Notes: generated from the sequence alone by a model not told the origin. Positions 21,401 through 31,902 are shown, counted from the first letter of the stretch. The stretch is 64,000 bases of DNA from an uncultured delta proteobacterium (GCA_963727445.1 CAVSGI010000020.1:672001-736000), one strand, 5' to 3'. Program-made: numbers and translations.

Positions 21401-24400
21401 TCAGCCACGAGAACTGATCGCTGCTCCGCCCCAGCGGCTCAAGAGGGCGGGGACGACGATCATGTTCAGGAGCGTCGAGCTCGACAGGCCCGTGACGATG
21501 ACCAGGGCCATGGGCGCCTGGATCTCCGCGCCCGGCTCTCCGAGGGCGAGCGCTAGGGGCAAAAGGCCCAGCGCGGCCGTGACCGCCGTCATGAGGATAG
21601 GAGCGAGGCGCTCGCGGGCCGCGACGACCACCGCCTCTTCGCGCGCGACGCCGCCCCCTTCGAGGTCGCCCGTCCGCGTCGCGAGGAGGATCCCGTTGCG
21701 CGTCGCGATGCCGAACAGTGTGATGAACCCGATGGTGGTCGCGATGGACATCACCCCACCGGCGAGGTAGACGCCCGCGACGCCGCCCGCGAGCGCGAGG
21801 GGCAGGTTGGAAAGGACGATCGCGGTGCGCCGCGCGCTCCTGAGGGTCGCACCCACGATCAGGCCGATCCCCAGGATCACCAACAGGCCGAGCAGGAGCA
21901 GGCGCTCTGTCGCCTCCTCTTCCTGCTCGAACTGGCCGGCGTACTCGACGTGCACGCCCTCGGGCAGGTCCACCTGTGACTCGACGGCCGCTCGTACGTC
22001 TGCTGCGACGCTGCGCAGGTCGCGCCCCACCACGTTTGCCGTCACCACGACCCGCCGGCGCACGTTCTCGCGCATGATGTAGTTGGGCGCGCGATCGGGC
22101 CAGATCTCGGCGATGGCCCCGAGCGGCACCGACGCACCCGAGGGCGTGGGCACGCGAACCTCGCGCAGACGGTCCCGGCTGTCGCGCACAGCGTCGTCGT
22201 AGCGGACGATGATGTCGGTCGACATGCTGTCCTCGAAGACGCGCCCCACGTCGCGCCCCCACAGAGCCAGCCCCACGGCGCTGGCGCCTTCGCCGCGGGA
22301 GAGCTCGTGCTGGGCGGCCGCGGTGGGGTCGATGTCGACGACGAGCTGCGGCGTGTCGATCATCGGCTCGACCTGCACGTCGACGAGCCCTTCGATCCCC
22401 ACGATCGCGTCGTGCACCTGCTGGGCGATCCGCCGCCCCGCGTCGAGGTCCTCGCCGACCACGCGCACCGTCAGGGCCGCGCGCTGTCCGGAGAGCATGT
22501 GATCGATGCGGTGGGAGATGGGCTGGCCGAAAGTGAAGTTGGCGCCGGGAACGACCGAGAGTCGGTCGCGCAGGTCCGACAGGAGCTCTTCTCGGTCGCG
22601 CTCGTCGTCGGGGTCGAGGAGGATGTCCATCTCGCTCGCCTCCGGGCCCTGCACGTGCTCGTTGCGCTCCGCCCGGCCGGTGCGCCGCGTCGTGGAGACG
22701 ACCGCGGGGTCGGCGAGGAGCGCCTCCTCGGCGAGGGTCCCGAGGGCGTCGCTCTCGTCGAGAGACGTGCCCGGCAGAACGACCATCGCCAGGTTGATGC
22801 TCCCCTCGTTGAACTCCGGCAGGAACGATCGACCCGTCCCAGCGAGCGCGGCGACGCCGACGACGACGAAGAAGAGCGCGCCCCCGGCGACCAGGCGCGG
22901 AGAGCGGACCGAGAACTGCAGCGCGGGCTCGTAAGCGCGGTGCAGCCATCGCTGCAGCGGCGGTTCCTCGGACGCGGCCCCCGCCTTCCCCCGCGGCAGA
23001 AGCCAGGATGCGAGCACCGGCGTCACCGTGATGGCCACCAGGAGCGACGCCAGGATGGCGACCAGATAGGAGAGCGCGAGCGGACGGAGAAGGCGCCCCT
23101 CGATCCCGGTGAGGAAGAGCAGCGGCGTGAAGACCAGAAGCAGGATGGCGGTCGCGCTGACGATCGACGAACGGATCTCGCGCGACGCCGACAGCACGGT
23201 GTCGAGGACCGCCGGGCGCTCGCCCTCGGGTAGCCGCGCGCGCTCTCGCAGCCGGCGTGCGATGTTCTCGACATCGATGATCGCGTCGTCCACCAGCTCG
23301 CCGATCGCGATCGCGAGCCCGCCGAGCGTCATCGTGTCGAGGCTCATGCCCATGGCGTCGAGCGCGAGGGTGGCGCTCAACATGGAGAGCGGCAGCGCGA
23401 GGACGCTGATCACAGTCGCGCCGGGGTGCCAGAGGAAGAGCAACAGGACGACCGCCACGAGGAACGCGCCGTCGCGCAGGACGTCGAGGAGGTTGTCGAC
23501 GGCGGTCTCGATGAAGCCCGACTGGCGGAAGAGATCGCGGTCTAGGCGAACGCCGCGGGCGGTGAGCGCTGGCTCGAGCGCGTCGAGGGCCTCGTCGACG
23601 AGCGCCGTGGTCCTCAGAGTGTCGGCCGACGGTTGCCGCACCACGCTGAGCACGACCGCGGGCTTCGCGTCGTAGCTCCCCGTTCCCCGACGCACCGCCG
23701 GACCCACCCGAACGTCGGCGACGTCGCGCACCAGCACCGGAACCCCCCCGCGTGACGACACGCGGATCGCACCGATCTCGTCCACCGTCGACGCGCGCCC
23801 GAGGACGCGCACCACCGACTCCTGCCCGGCTTCGACGACGTAGCCGCCGGGCGCGTTCGCGCTGCCCGCCTCGATCGCGTCGGCGACCTCGGTCCCGGTG
23901 AGATCGAAGCGTGTCAGCCTCTCCGGATCGAGGATGACCTGGTATTGGCGCTCCTCACCGCCGAGGGCCACCACCTGCGAGACGCCCTGCACGGCGAGGA
24001 TCCGCCGGCGCACGTCCCGCTCGGCGATGCGGCGCAGCTCCATCGGGTCGAGCTCGTCGCTGGTGAGCGCGACGAAGGCGATCTCGCCCATCACCGACGA
24101 GGGCGGCGCGAGGACGGGCGCGTCCGCCTCCGGCGGGAGCCTGGTGGCGATCTCCTGAAGGCGCTCCATGACGCGCTGCCGCGCGAGCGGGCCTGGGGTG
24201 TCCCAGTCGAACTCGACCCACACGATCGAGATCCCCGCCGCGGACGCAGAGCGCACGCGCCGGGTGCCGGCGACGCCGTTCACGGCGCTCTCGAGGGGGA
24301 AGGTGACGAGCTGCTCCACTTCGGTCGGCGCGAGGCCCGTCGCTTCGGTCACGATGGTCACGCGCGGCGCACTCAGATCCGGAAAGACGTCCACGCGCAT

Positions 24401-24499
24401 CTGCCCGAGGCGATAGGTACCGAGCACGGTCAGGAGCACGGCCGCCGCCATCACGAAGACGCGGTGTCGGAGCGAGGCGCGCAGGATCCGATCGATCAT
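21401..24499 (-). CDS. czcA: CusA/CzcA heavy-metal RND permease
   Basis: 'VDVFPDL','GELVDDAIIDVENI','FLPEFNEG','RLAPILMTA'; 1032 aa. Confidence 0.93.
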   Translation of the reverse strand: MIDRILRASLRHRVFVMAAAVLLTVLGTYRLGQMRVDVFPDLSAPRVTIVTEATGLAPTEVEQLVTFPLESAVNGVAGTRRVRSASAAGISIVWVEFDWDTPGPLARQRVMERLQEIATRLPPEADAPVLAPPSSVMGEIAFVALTSDELDPMELRRIAERDVRRRILAVQGVSQVVALGGEERQYQVILDPERLTRFDLTGTEVADAIEAGSANAPGGYVVEAGQESVVRVLGRASTVDEIGAIRVSSRGGVPVLVRDVADVRVGPAVRRGTGSYDAKPAVVLSVVRQPSADTLRTTALVDEALDALEPALTARGVRLDRDLFRQSGFIETAVDNLLDVLRDGAFLVAVVLLLFLWHPGATVISVLALPLSMLSATLALDAMGMSLDTMTLGGLAIAIGELVDDAIIDVENIARRLRERARLPEGERPAVLDTVLSASREIRSSIVSATAILLLVFTPLLFLTGIEGRLLRPLALSYLVAILASLLVAITVTPVLASWLLPRGKAGAASEEPPLQRWLHRAYEPALQFSVRSPRLVAGGALFFVVVGVAALAGTGRSFLPEFNEGSINLAMVVLPGTSLDESDALGTLAEEALLADPAVVSTTRRTGRAERNEHVQGPEASEMDILLDPDDERDREELLSDLRDRLSVVPGANFTFGQPISHRIDHMLSGQRAALTVRVVGEDLDAGRRIAQQVHDAIVGIEGLVDVQVEPMIDTPQLVVDIDPTAAAQHELSRGEGASAVGLALWGRDVGRVFEDSMSTDIIVRYDDAVRDSRDRLREVRVPTPSGASVPLGAIAEIWPDRAPNYIMRENVRRRVVVTANVVGRDLRSVAADVRAAVESQVDLPEGVHVEYAGQFEQEEEATERLLLLGLLVILGIGLIVGATLRSARRTAIVLSNLPLALAGGVAGVYLAGGVMSIATTIGFITLFGIATRNGILLATRTGDLEGGGVAREEAVVVAARERLAPILMTAVTAALGLLPLALALGEPGAEIQAPMALVIVTGLSSSTLLNMIVVPALLSRWGGAAISSRG

Positions 24500-24511
24500 C
24501 GGCGACCGTCC

Positions 24512-26092
24512 TCAGTGCACGTGCCCATGACCGACCGCTCCGCTGCTGCCGGCGAGTCGGACCAGATGTGCGCCGCGGGTGACGATGCGCTCGCCCTCTT
24601 CGACCCCCGACGTGACGGCGACGCGGTCCCCTTCGCTCGGGCCCAGGCGCACGACGCGCTCCTCGAAGGACTCTCCCTCCGCCTGTACGTAGACCACGCT
24701 CCGCCCCTCGACGTCGAGCACCGCGGAGCGTGGGACTGTCACCGCTTCGACCGCCTCGCCGACCGGGATGAGCACGCGTAGCGCGGCGCCGACGCGGAGC
24801 GACTCGTCTGGCTCGCCGAGCGCGTAGACGACGCGGACGGTGCGGCTCGTCGGATCCACCGTGCGACTGGCGTGGACCAGGGTGTCGTGCGCTTCGGAGC
24901 CGTCGCCTTCGAGCGCGATCGGGTGCCATCGATCCTCGCCCACCAGTTGAAACGAGGCGTTGGCGTCGCGAACGAAGCGCCCCGCCCAGCTCTCGGGGAC
25001 CTCCGCGCTGACCCACAGCGTGTTCGGGTCGACCACGCGGAAGAGGAGCTCGTTCGCGTCCACCGCCTCTCCCGGCGAGACCTCCACGGCGTCGACGATC
25101 CCCGCGATGGGCGCCGTGATGCGCCACGAGCCCCGGCCGCGACCGCTCTCGGCAGACGCGTACATCGACTGCGCGCGGCGCGCGGCCGACAGGCTCGCCT
25201 CGGCCACCTGAAGCTGGCGCCGCGCTTCGGCGAGACGCCGCTCCGGGATGGCCTGGTCCGCCACCATGCGCTCCGCGCGCTCGACCTCGGTGCGGCCCGC
25301 CTCGACCTGCGCCTGCGCTTCGACCACGGCCAGGTCCGCCCTCGCCGCGTCTTCGGGTGCGCCCGGCGTCGGCGCGATCGTCGCCAACAGCGCGCCGGCT
25401 TGCACGGCCTGGCCGGGAAGGGGGAAGCCGCTGCGCCCGGCCATCACCCGTCCTCCGACCGGCGCGTGGACGTGCGCGACGCCACCGGGAGGGGTCGTGA
25501 GCTCGCCGCTGACCCCGACGCTGGGGCGCACGGTTCCCCGCGCGGCGAAGGCGGTGTCGAAAGACACGCGCCACTGTTGCTCCTTCAGGAACGACACCGC
25601 GCCTCCGCCCCGCTCGTCCGCGGGATTGGCGGCGTCGGCCGCTTCCTGGCTCGGATACACCTCGACCGCGAAGGGGCCGATGGTGCCCTCGCCGCCGTCG
25701 ATGATCGTGAGCGTGCCCTGATAGGTGCCGGGCGCGGTGGCGGTGAACGTCGGCCGATAGATGCCGGGACGGAGCATCGGCGCCTCGGCGGTGAGCTCCG
25801 CGGGTCCCGTCAACGCGAGTCGCACCCGCGCGTCCTCGAGCGCTCGGAAGCCGTCCAGGACCGTGAGGTGTGCGAGGAAGGGCACCTCCTGACCGACGAC
25901 CGCCGGTGGATGCTCGGCGTAGAGCTCGAGCTCGTCGGTCCACTCGGTGATGCCGATCGCGGCGGGGCCGTGGTCGTGGCCGCCGTGCGAGTGGTGATCG
26001 TCCTCGTGATCGTGGCCCTCTCCGTCCCCCGCGTGGCTGTGGCAGCCCGCGGCGAAGACGACGCTCGCGAAACAGAGAACGGCGTACTTCAC
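24512..26092 (-). CDS. RND periplasmic adaptor lipoprotein with His-rich N- and C-termini
   Basis: Lipobox AAGC; 'HDHEDDHHSHGGHDH'; 'ITAPIAG'; ends GHGHVH; GTG start overlaps the TolC stop. Confidence 0.92.
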   Translation of the reverse strand: MKYAVLCFASVVFAAGCHSHAGDGEGHDHEDDHHSHGGHDHGPAAIGITEWTDELELYAEHPPAVVGQEVPFLAHLTVLDGFRALEDARVRLALTGPAELTAEAPMLRPGIYRPTFTATAPGTYQGTLTIIDGGEGTIGPFAVEVYPSQEAADAANPADERGGGAVSFLKEQQWRVSFDTAFAARGTVRPSVGVSGELTTPPGGVAHVHAPVGGRVMAGRSGFPLPGQAVQAGALLATIAPTPGAPEDAARADLAVVEAQAQVEAGRTEVERAERMVADQAIPERRLAEARRQLQVAEASLSAARRAQSMYASAESGRGRGSWRITAPIAGIVDAVEVSPGEAVDANELLFRVVDPNTLWVSAEVPESWAGRFVRDANASFQLVGEDRWHPIALEGDGSEAHDTLVHASRTVDPTSRTVRVVYALGEPDESLRVGAALRVLIPVGEAVEAVTVPRSAVLDVEGRSVVYVQAEGESFEERVVRLGPSEGDRVAVTSGVEEGERIVTRGAHLVRLAGSSGAVGHGHVH

Positions 26093-27339
26093 AAGGCCCC
26101 CACGGCTTGCCGGAGCGCGACGTCCGCCAGACGAACGGCGAGGTCCAGCTTCAGCTTGCGCTCGGCGACCTGGAGCGCGGCGCGGCGCGCGTCGAGGAGC
26201 TCCACCAGGCTGCGCTCGCCGCCGCTGTATCCGGTGCGGGCCGCGCGCACCAGAACCTCGCTGTCCGCGTGGGTCGCGCCGGCAAAACGCTCGCGCTCGG
26301 CGAGGGCGGCCTCGAGTCGCGCGCGCGCCGCGGAGATGTCGGCACGCATCGCGGCGCGGAAGGCCTGGCCGTAGGTTTCGAGAGAGGAGAGCGCGGCTTC
26401 CGATTCGGCCCGCTCGCCCTGGCCGCGGTCGAAGAAGGGCAGGTCGAGCGAGAGGCCGACATCGTAGCCGTGGCCCTCCTGGGCGCCGCCCTGGTGGTTG
26501 TAGCCGCCGAAGATCTCGAACTGCGGGATCCAGGCGGTGCTCGAGGCGTTGCGCGCACGCTGCGCCAGGTCGAGCCGGGTCTCGAGGGAGCGCAACAGGG
26601 GGTGGTTCTGCCGGGCCCGCGCCAGCAGCGCATCGACAGGCGGGGGTGGCGCGACCTCGAAGTCGCCGCGCACCTGCCGCGACCCGTCCGCTTCGCCGAG
26701 CAGCGCGGCGAGCTGTTCCAGGGTGATCGCCAGCTCCGACGAGGCTTGCGCGAGCTGACTTCGTCCGAGCTCCGCCTCGAGCGCGAGGCGCGCGCGCTCG
26801 TACCCCGACGCTTCGCCCGCCGCCTGGCGACTGGCGAGCACCCGAGACACCTCGTCGAGCACGTCCTGCCCCGCGCGAAGGAGCGTCAGCCGGCGTTCGA
26901 GCGCCAGCGCCGAGTAGAAGAGCCCGAGCGCCTGCGCCGCGAGCCCGAGCGTCAGGTCCGTGGCGCTGGCGCTCGCGTCCTCGGCGTCGAGCTCGGCGAG
27001 CAGTCGCTGTGCGGAACGCCGACCGGAGAGATTGAGCGGCACGTGCGCACGAGCGACGTCCTGGCTCTGCGCGTTCGGCGCGAAGGACTCCTGTCGCTCC
27101 CAATCGACGAAGGGGTTCGGGGCCAGGCCCACGCCCTCGACGCGCGCCCGCGCGCGCCGCGCCGCCCCCTCGGCCACGAGGGCGAGGGGGGCGCGCTCTC
27201 GCGCGTGCTCCACGACGCGCGCCTCGGTCCATGGCGTCGGCTGGGCGTGCGCCGTCGCACCGGCGCAGAAGAAGAGGGCCCCAGCGACGAAGAAGATCCG
27301 ATTCGGTATCGGAGTTAATCTGAGAGGGATGTTCATCAC
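26089..27339 (-). CDS. TolC/CzcC outer membrane factor
   Basis: Signal peptide; 'LPFFDRGQG'; 'GYSGGERSLVELLDARR'. Confidence 0.92.
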   Translation of the reverse strand: MMNIPLRLTPIPNRIFFVAGALFFCAGATAHAQPTPWTEARVVEHARERAPLALVAEGAARRARARVEGVGLAPNPFVDWERQESFAPNAQSQDVARAHVPLNLSGRRSAQRLLAELDAEDASASATDLTLGLAAQALGLFYSALALERRLTLLRAGQDVLDEVSRVLASRQAAGEASGYERARLALEAELGRSQLAQASSELAITLEQLAALLGEADGSRQVRGDFEVAPPPPVDALLARARQNHPLLRSLETRLDLAQRARNASSTAWIPQFEIFGGYNHQGGAQEGHGYDVGLSLDLPFFDRGQGERAESEAALSSLETYGQAFRAAMRADISAARARLEAALAERERFAGATHADSEVLVRAARTGYSGGERSLVELLDARRAALQVAERKLKLDLAVRLADVALRQAVGAL

Positions 27340-27357
27340 CGCCGGTCGCGTGAGGCG

Positions 27358-28308
27358 TCAGGAGAAGAAGAGACCGAAGAGGGTCTCCACCGCGTGGTGG
27401 AGGGAGAGCGCGCCGAGGCCGAGCGCGGTCGCGAGGAGCGCCGCCGAAAAGAGCAATCCGCCGATCGAGGGGCCGGGGCGACACGGCGCTGGATCGAGGA
27501 GGCGCTGCACGCGAAGGGCAAAGGGCCCCGAATGGAAACCGACGCCTGCCTCGCGGATGCCGTGGTTCCAGCGCATCCATTCGACGAGGGTCTCGGCGAC
27601 CTCCAGGCGGCAGCCAACGGCCTCGGCGGCTCGATCGTCGGCGCCGAGCTCCTGGGCTTCGCGCAGTCGGTCGAGGAGCGCGGTGCCGAGCAGCGGTAGA
27701 TGGAACGCCGTGAGCAGCTCCGCGCTCCACCGCAGGAGTGGATCGCGATCGGCCGCGTGCGCGCGTTCGTGCTCGAGCACCACGCGCCACCGGGCGCCGC
27801 CGGCGAGGACCGCTTCGCTGATCACGACGGCCGGGCGGGCGAGGCCGACGGTGAAGGCGAGGGGGGCATCGCCGGGCAGGACCCAGAGGTCGCCTTCGCG
27901 GCGCGCAGCGCTCAGCACCCGCCGCAGGGCGAGCGCGCCGCGCAAGGCGCGCGATAGGGCGCGCCCGAGGCGGTGCACCATGTACACGCAGGCGACCGCG
28001 GCGAAGGTGCCGACGACCACGTTCGGCATCGGGGCCCCGTGCACGAAGCAGAGATGAAGGTGCCCCGGGTGATGGATGCAGTGGTCGGAGAGGCCGAGCC
28101 ACTGATGCGGGAACGCGACGCCGGCGACCACGAGGGCTCCGACGAAGGGCGGCGCCGCGAGGGCGGCGAGCATCAGCCGGGACTCTGCGTCCGGCTCGAG
28201 CGTCCCGAGGCGCGCGCGGGCGAAGCGGACGACGGCCGCGACGAGCAGCGACGTCCCGAGGGCGGCGGCCGCGAAGAGCGCGACCAGATGGATGGCGAGG
28301 CCCATCAT
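27358..28308 (-). CDS. M56 (BlaR1-like) membrane metallopeptidase without a penicillin-binding domain
   Basis: 'AFTVGLARPAVVIS','HERAH..RDPL','QELGADDRA'; His/Cys loop 'DHCIHHPGHLHLCFVH'. Confidence 0.9.
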   Translation of the reverse strand: MMGLAIHLVALFAAAALGTSLLVAAVVRFARARLGTLEPDAESRLMLAALAAPPFVGALVVAGVAFPHQWLGLSDHCIHHPGHLHLCFVHGAPMPNVVVGTFAAVACVYMVHRLGRALSRALRGALALRRVLSAARREGDLWVLPGDAPLAFTVGLARPAVVISEAVLAGGARWRVVLEHERAHAADRDPLLRWSAELLTAFHLPLLGTALLDRLREAQELGADDRAAEAVGCRLEVAETLVEWMRWNHGIREAGVGFHSGPFALRVQRLLDPAPCRPGPSIGGLLFSAALLATALGLGALSLHHAVETLFGLFFS

Positions 28309-28700
28309 CGCTTCTTCCGTTTCCGCTCGGCGATCAAGGCGGAGAGCTGATCGAGCGAGCGCTGATCGGCCTCGGCGATGACGTCGACGAACGCGGTCAG
28401 CACGCCGAGATCGGCGAGGGCCTGGGCGCCCCCGACGGCGTCGACCATGCGCCGTGCGTGGAACGCTTCGCGCTCGATCGCAGGACGATAGCGATAGGCG
28501 TGCGACACCTTCACGCGCTTCACCAAGCCCTTGCGGTGCAGCCGCTCGAGGGCCGAGCCGACCGTGTTGACGCTGTTGCTCCGCGCGCGTCCGACCACCG
28601 CGTGGGTCTCGGTGACGTCCGCTTCGCCGACCGACCACAGGTGGTCGAGCACCTCGAGCTCGAGCTCACCGAGCGGCGGCAGAGGGGCGTCGAGCGACAT
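28305..28700 (-). CDS. BlaI/MecI/CopY family repressor
   Basis: 'LGELELEVLDHLW','NTVGSALERLHRKGLVKR..HAYRYRP'. Confidence 0.93.
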   Translation of the reverse strand: MSLDAPLPPLGELELEVLDHLWSVGEADVTETHAVVGRARSNSVNTVGSALERLHRKGLVKRVKVSHAYRYRPAIEREAFHARRMVDAVGGAQALADLGVLTAFVDVIAEADQRSLDQLSALIAERKRKKR

Positions 28701-28800
28701 GGAGACAACGATGCCAATCGAGTCTCCGATGGTCAATCGGATTTAGCGCTGGAAAAGGGCGGCCGTTGCTCGCAGCGGTCGGCTCTGTCAGGGTCGCGCC

Positions 28801-29193
28801 ATGGCGAAAGTGACCGGGATCGGGGGCGTATTCTTCAAGTCGAAGTCGGATCGGAAGGAGCTCGCCGCGTGGTACGCGCGCCACCTGGGTCTCGCGCTCG
28901 AGCCCTGGGGTGGGGCGCTCTTGAAGTGGCCGAAGGACCCGGCGGGCGACGGCGGCGTCACGGTCTGGCACGTCGCCGACCACGACAGCGATTGGTTCAG
29001 CCCGAGCGAATCGCGCTTCATGATCAACTATCGCGTCGACGATCTCGAGGCGCTGCTCACGCAGCTGCGCGAAGGTGGCGTGGAGATCGTCAAAGGGCCG
29101 GAGTCCCACGACAACGGTCATTTCGCCTGGATCCTCGATCCGGATGGCAACAAGCTCGAGCTGTGGCAGCCCATCGCCAGCGACGAGAAGTGA
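28801..29193 (+). CDS. VOC family protein
   Basis: 'VTGIGGVFFK','FMINYRVDDL','DPDGNKLELW'. Confidence 0.95.
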   Translation: MAKVTGIGGVFFKSKSDRKELAAWYARHLGLALEPWGGALLKWPKDPAGDGGVTVWHVADHDSDWFSPSESRFMINYRVDDLEALLTQLREGGVEIVKGPESHDNGHFAWILDPDGNKLELWQPIASDEK

Positions 29194-30155
29194 CCGCGCG
29201 GCCCTGGTGCTGGCTTCTGCTCGTCGTCACGCTCAGCGGCGCTTGCGGGGACGGTCGCACCGTCGCGGACGCGGCACCCGCCGACGGAAGCCGCCCGGAC
29301 GCAACACCTGACGGCGCTTCACCACGGGACGCCGGTAGCATCGACACCCTCGTCGTCGGCGAGTGGAACCTGAACTGGTTCGGAAGCGGTGACTACGGCC
29401 CCTTCGACCTCGATCTGCAACAGCAGAACGTCACCACCGTGCTCGAGCGTAATCCGGCACCCCTCTGGGCTCTCGAGGAGGTCGTCGATGCGCGGCGCCT
29501 GGCGGCGGTGGCGGCGGACATCGGCGGCTATCAGTACGTCCTCGCCCAGGACACCTCGGTCGACAACCACCGCGATTTCCGGGGCACGCAGATGACGGGC
29601 ATCCTCTACGACCCGGCGGTCATCACCCTGCGCTCGGCGAAGATCGTGCTCGGCTCGGATTACTACAATTTCGCCGAGCGTCCGCCCCTCGAGGTGGCCC
29701 TGGACGTTCGAATGACCACCGGCACGGTGCCGCTCACCATCCTCGTCCTCCACATGAAGGCCTACGATGACGCCAGCTCCTACGATCGCCGCGCGTCGGC
29801 CGCCATGGAGCTCAAGACCTACCTCGACACGAACCATCCTGGGGACCGGGTGCTCGTGGCCGGCGACTTCAACGACGACCTCGACACCTCGCTGCGTTCC
29901 GGTAGCCCTTCTCCCTACGCCTCGTTCGTTTCCGATGCCGCCGACTACGTCTTCCCGACCCTTCTCTTCACCGAGATGCACTTCGGAACGCAGGTCGATT
30001 CGCGTGGCGATCCCATCGACCACCAGATGGTCACCGACGAGCTCGCACCGACCGTCGTCGACGGCTCCCCCGCCGTGATCCGCCCGTCGATCGGGAGCTA
30101 CTCCGACACCACGAGCGACCACTACCCGATCCAGGTGACGTACGCGCTCCGCTGA
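29190..30155 (+). CDS. endonuclease/exonuclease/phosphatase lipoprotein
   Basis: Lipobox LSGAC; 'WNLNWF','LEEV','AGDFND','IDH','SDHYP'; GTGA overlap. Confidence 0.9.
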   Translation: MTARPWCWLLLVVTLSGACGDGRTVADAAPADGSRPDATPDGASPRDAGSIDTLVVGEWNLNWFGSGDYGPFDLDLQQQNVTTVLERNPAPLWALEEVVDARRLAAVAADIGGYQYVLAQDTSVDNHRDFRGTQMTGILYDPAVITLRSAKIVLGSDYYNFAERPPLEVALDVRMTTGTVPLTILVLHMKAYDDASSYDRRASAAMELKTYLDTNHPGDRVLVAGDFNDDLDTSLRSGSPSPYASFVSDAADYVFPTLLFTEMHFGTQVDSRGDPIDHQMVTDELAPTVVDGSPAVIRPSIGSYSDTTSDHYPIQVTYALR

Positions 30156-30160
30156 GTCAC

Positions 30161-30772
30161 TCAGCTCTTCATCCACAAGCGAAGCATGTGGGGCATCTCG
30201 CGGTCGACGCGGATCTGCGCGTAAGCCGTGGGCATCCGGCCGCCGAAGCCGTTGTACCCGATGACGTACGTTCCCACGCGCGCCTTCTCGAGGAAGCTCT
30301 GAACGAAAGCGACGTCTCGTCGATGGCGCTCGTCGCTCAACTCGACGTCATCGCCGAGTCGCTGCTCTGGTAGGAAGCGGTTTTCGCCGAAAGGGTTGTA
30401 GAGGTAATAGGCATCCGCCTCGGGCAGCGCGCACTGTCCCAGCGTTCCCTGAAGGAAGTGGACGCGATCCGCGACGTCGAAGCGCTGGGCGAGGTCGCGC
30501 GCGGCCGCGACGAAGTGTGGTCGATGCTCGATGCCCACGAACGAGCACTGGCTGGCGAGCGCGGTGGCGACGCAGAACTTCCCCGCCCCGGAGCCGATGT
30601 CGACCACCGTCCTGACGCCGAGCTCGTCGAGCCACCCGGCGACGCGCAGCGCGACCACGAGCGGCGTCCAGTGCTGGTTGGAGACGAGCCTCGACGGGTC
30701 GGACAGGAAGCGATCGAAATCGCGATCGAGGGGACATTTCCCCAGGCGAAGCATCTGGGCGATTTCGTCCAC
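30161..30772 (-). CDS. SAM-dependent methyltransferase
   Basis: 'HWTP','VVDIGSGAGKF','GIEHR','YLYNPF'. Confidence 0.88.
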   Translation of the reverse strand: MDEIAQMLRLGKCPLDRDFDRFLSDPSRLVSNQHWTPLVVALRVAGWLDELGVRTVVDIGSGAGKFCVATALASQCSFVGIEHRPHFVAAARDLAQRFDVADRVHFLQGTLGQCALPEADAYYLYNPFGENRFLPEQRLGDDVELSDERHRRDVAFVQSFLEKARVGTYVIGYNGFGGRMPTAYAQIRVDREMPHMLRLWMKS

Positions 30773-30792
30773 GGGATTAGATCATATGGGCG

Positions 30793-31902
30793 ATGAGTGA
30801 AGCGGCAACACCAGGCCTGATGACCCGTCTGTCCTTCCTGGACCGTTATCTGACCGTCTGGATCTTCGCCGCCATGGCGGCCGGCGTCGGTCTCGGGTTC
30901 GCGGCCCCCGGCGTCGTGGATGCCCTCGACGCCATGAGCGTCGGCACGACGAGCATCCCCATCGCCATCGGCCTCATCCTGATGATGTACCCGCCGCTGG
31001 CCAAGGTTCGCTACGAGGAGCTCGGGCGGGTCTTTCGCAACAAGCGGGTGCTCGCGCTCTCGCTCGTCCAGAACTGGCTGATCGGGCCCGTGCTGATGTT
31101 CGGTCTCGCCGTCCTCTTCTTGCGAGACGAGCCCGAGTACATGCTGGGGCTCATCCTCATCGGTCTCGCCCGCTGCATCGCCATGGTCATCGTGTGGAAC
31201 GACCTGGCCAGAGGCGACCGCGAGTACTGCGCGGGCCTGGTGGCGATGAACTCCATCTTCCAGGTGCTCTTCTTCTCGGTCTACGCGTACTTCTTCGCCA
31301 CGCTCCTGCCGAGCTGGCTCGGCCTCGAAGGCGCGGTGGTGAACATCACCATCGGCGAGATCGCCAAGACCGTAGCCATCTATCTCGGGATCCCCTTCGC
31401 GGCCGGCTTCCTCACCCGCCGGCTGCTCGTGCGTGCGAAGGGTCGCGAGTGGTACGAGACGAAGTTCGCGTCGCGCATCGGCCCGATCACCCTGGTCTCG
31501 CTGCTCTTCACCATCGTCGTCATGTTCTCGCTCAAGGGCGAGGCCATCGTCCAGCTGCCCCTCGACGTGCTGCGCATCGCCGTGCCGCTGCTCATCTACT
31601 TCGTCGTGATGTTCCTGATCACGTTCTTCATGAGCAAGCGCGTCGGCGCGAGCTACGAAGAGGCGGCGACGCTCTCGTTCACGGCAGCCTCGAACAACTT
31701 CGAGCTCGCCATCGCCGTCGCCATCGCGAGCTTCGGCATCCACAGCGGTGCCGCGTTCGCCGCGGTCATCGGCCCCCTGGTCGAAGTCCCCGCCCTCATC
31801 GGGCTCGTTCACGTGGCTCTGTGGCTCGGCAGGAAGTATTTCCCCGAGGCCAAGCTCGATGCTGGCGAGGCGTCCGGCGGGCCCCACCACGAAGCCGCAT
31901 GA
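30793..31902 (+). CDS. acr3: ACR3 arsenite efflux transporter
   Basis: 'LSFLDRYL','MMYPPLAKV','[13 protein letters not shown]','[12 protein letters not shown]','GPLVEVP'. Confidence 0.97.
   Translation: MSEAATPGLMTRLSFLDRYLTVWIFAAMAAGVGLGFAAPGVVDALDAMSVGTTSIPIAIGLILMMYPPLAKVRYEELGRVFRNKRVLALSLVQNWLIGPVLMFGLAVLFLRDEPEYMLGLILIGLARCIAMVIVWNDLARGDREYCAGLVAMNSIFQVLFFSVYAYFFATLLPSWLGLEGAVVNITIGEIAKTVAIYLGIPFAAGFLTRRLLVRAKGREWYETKFASRIGPITLVSLLFTIVVMFSLKGEAIVQLPLDVLRIAVPLLIYFVVMFLITFFMSKRVGASYEEAATLSFTAASNNFELAIAVAIASFGIHSGAAFAAVIGPLVEVPALIGLVHVALWLGRKYFPEAKLDAGEASGGPHHEAA

Noticed and set aside
30782..30796. ArsR operator (TCAT-N7-ATGA) at the acr3 start
   Set aside because: Only 4-bp arms, one of which is the start codon; no arsR nearby
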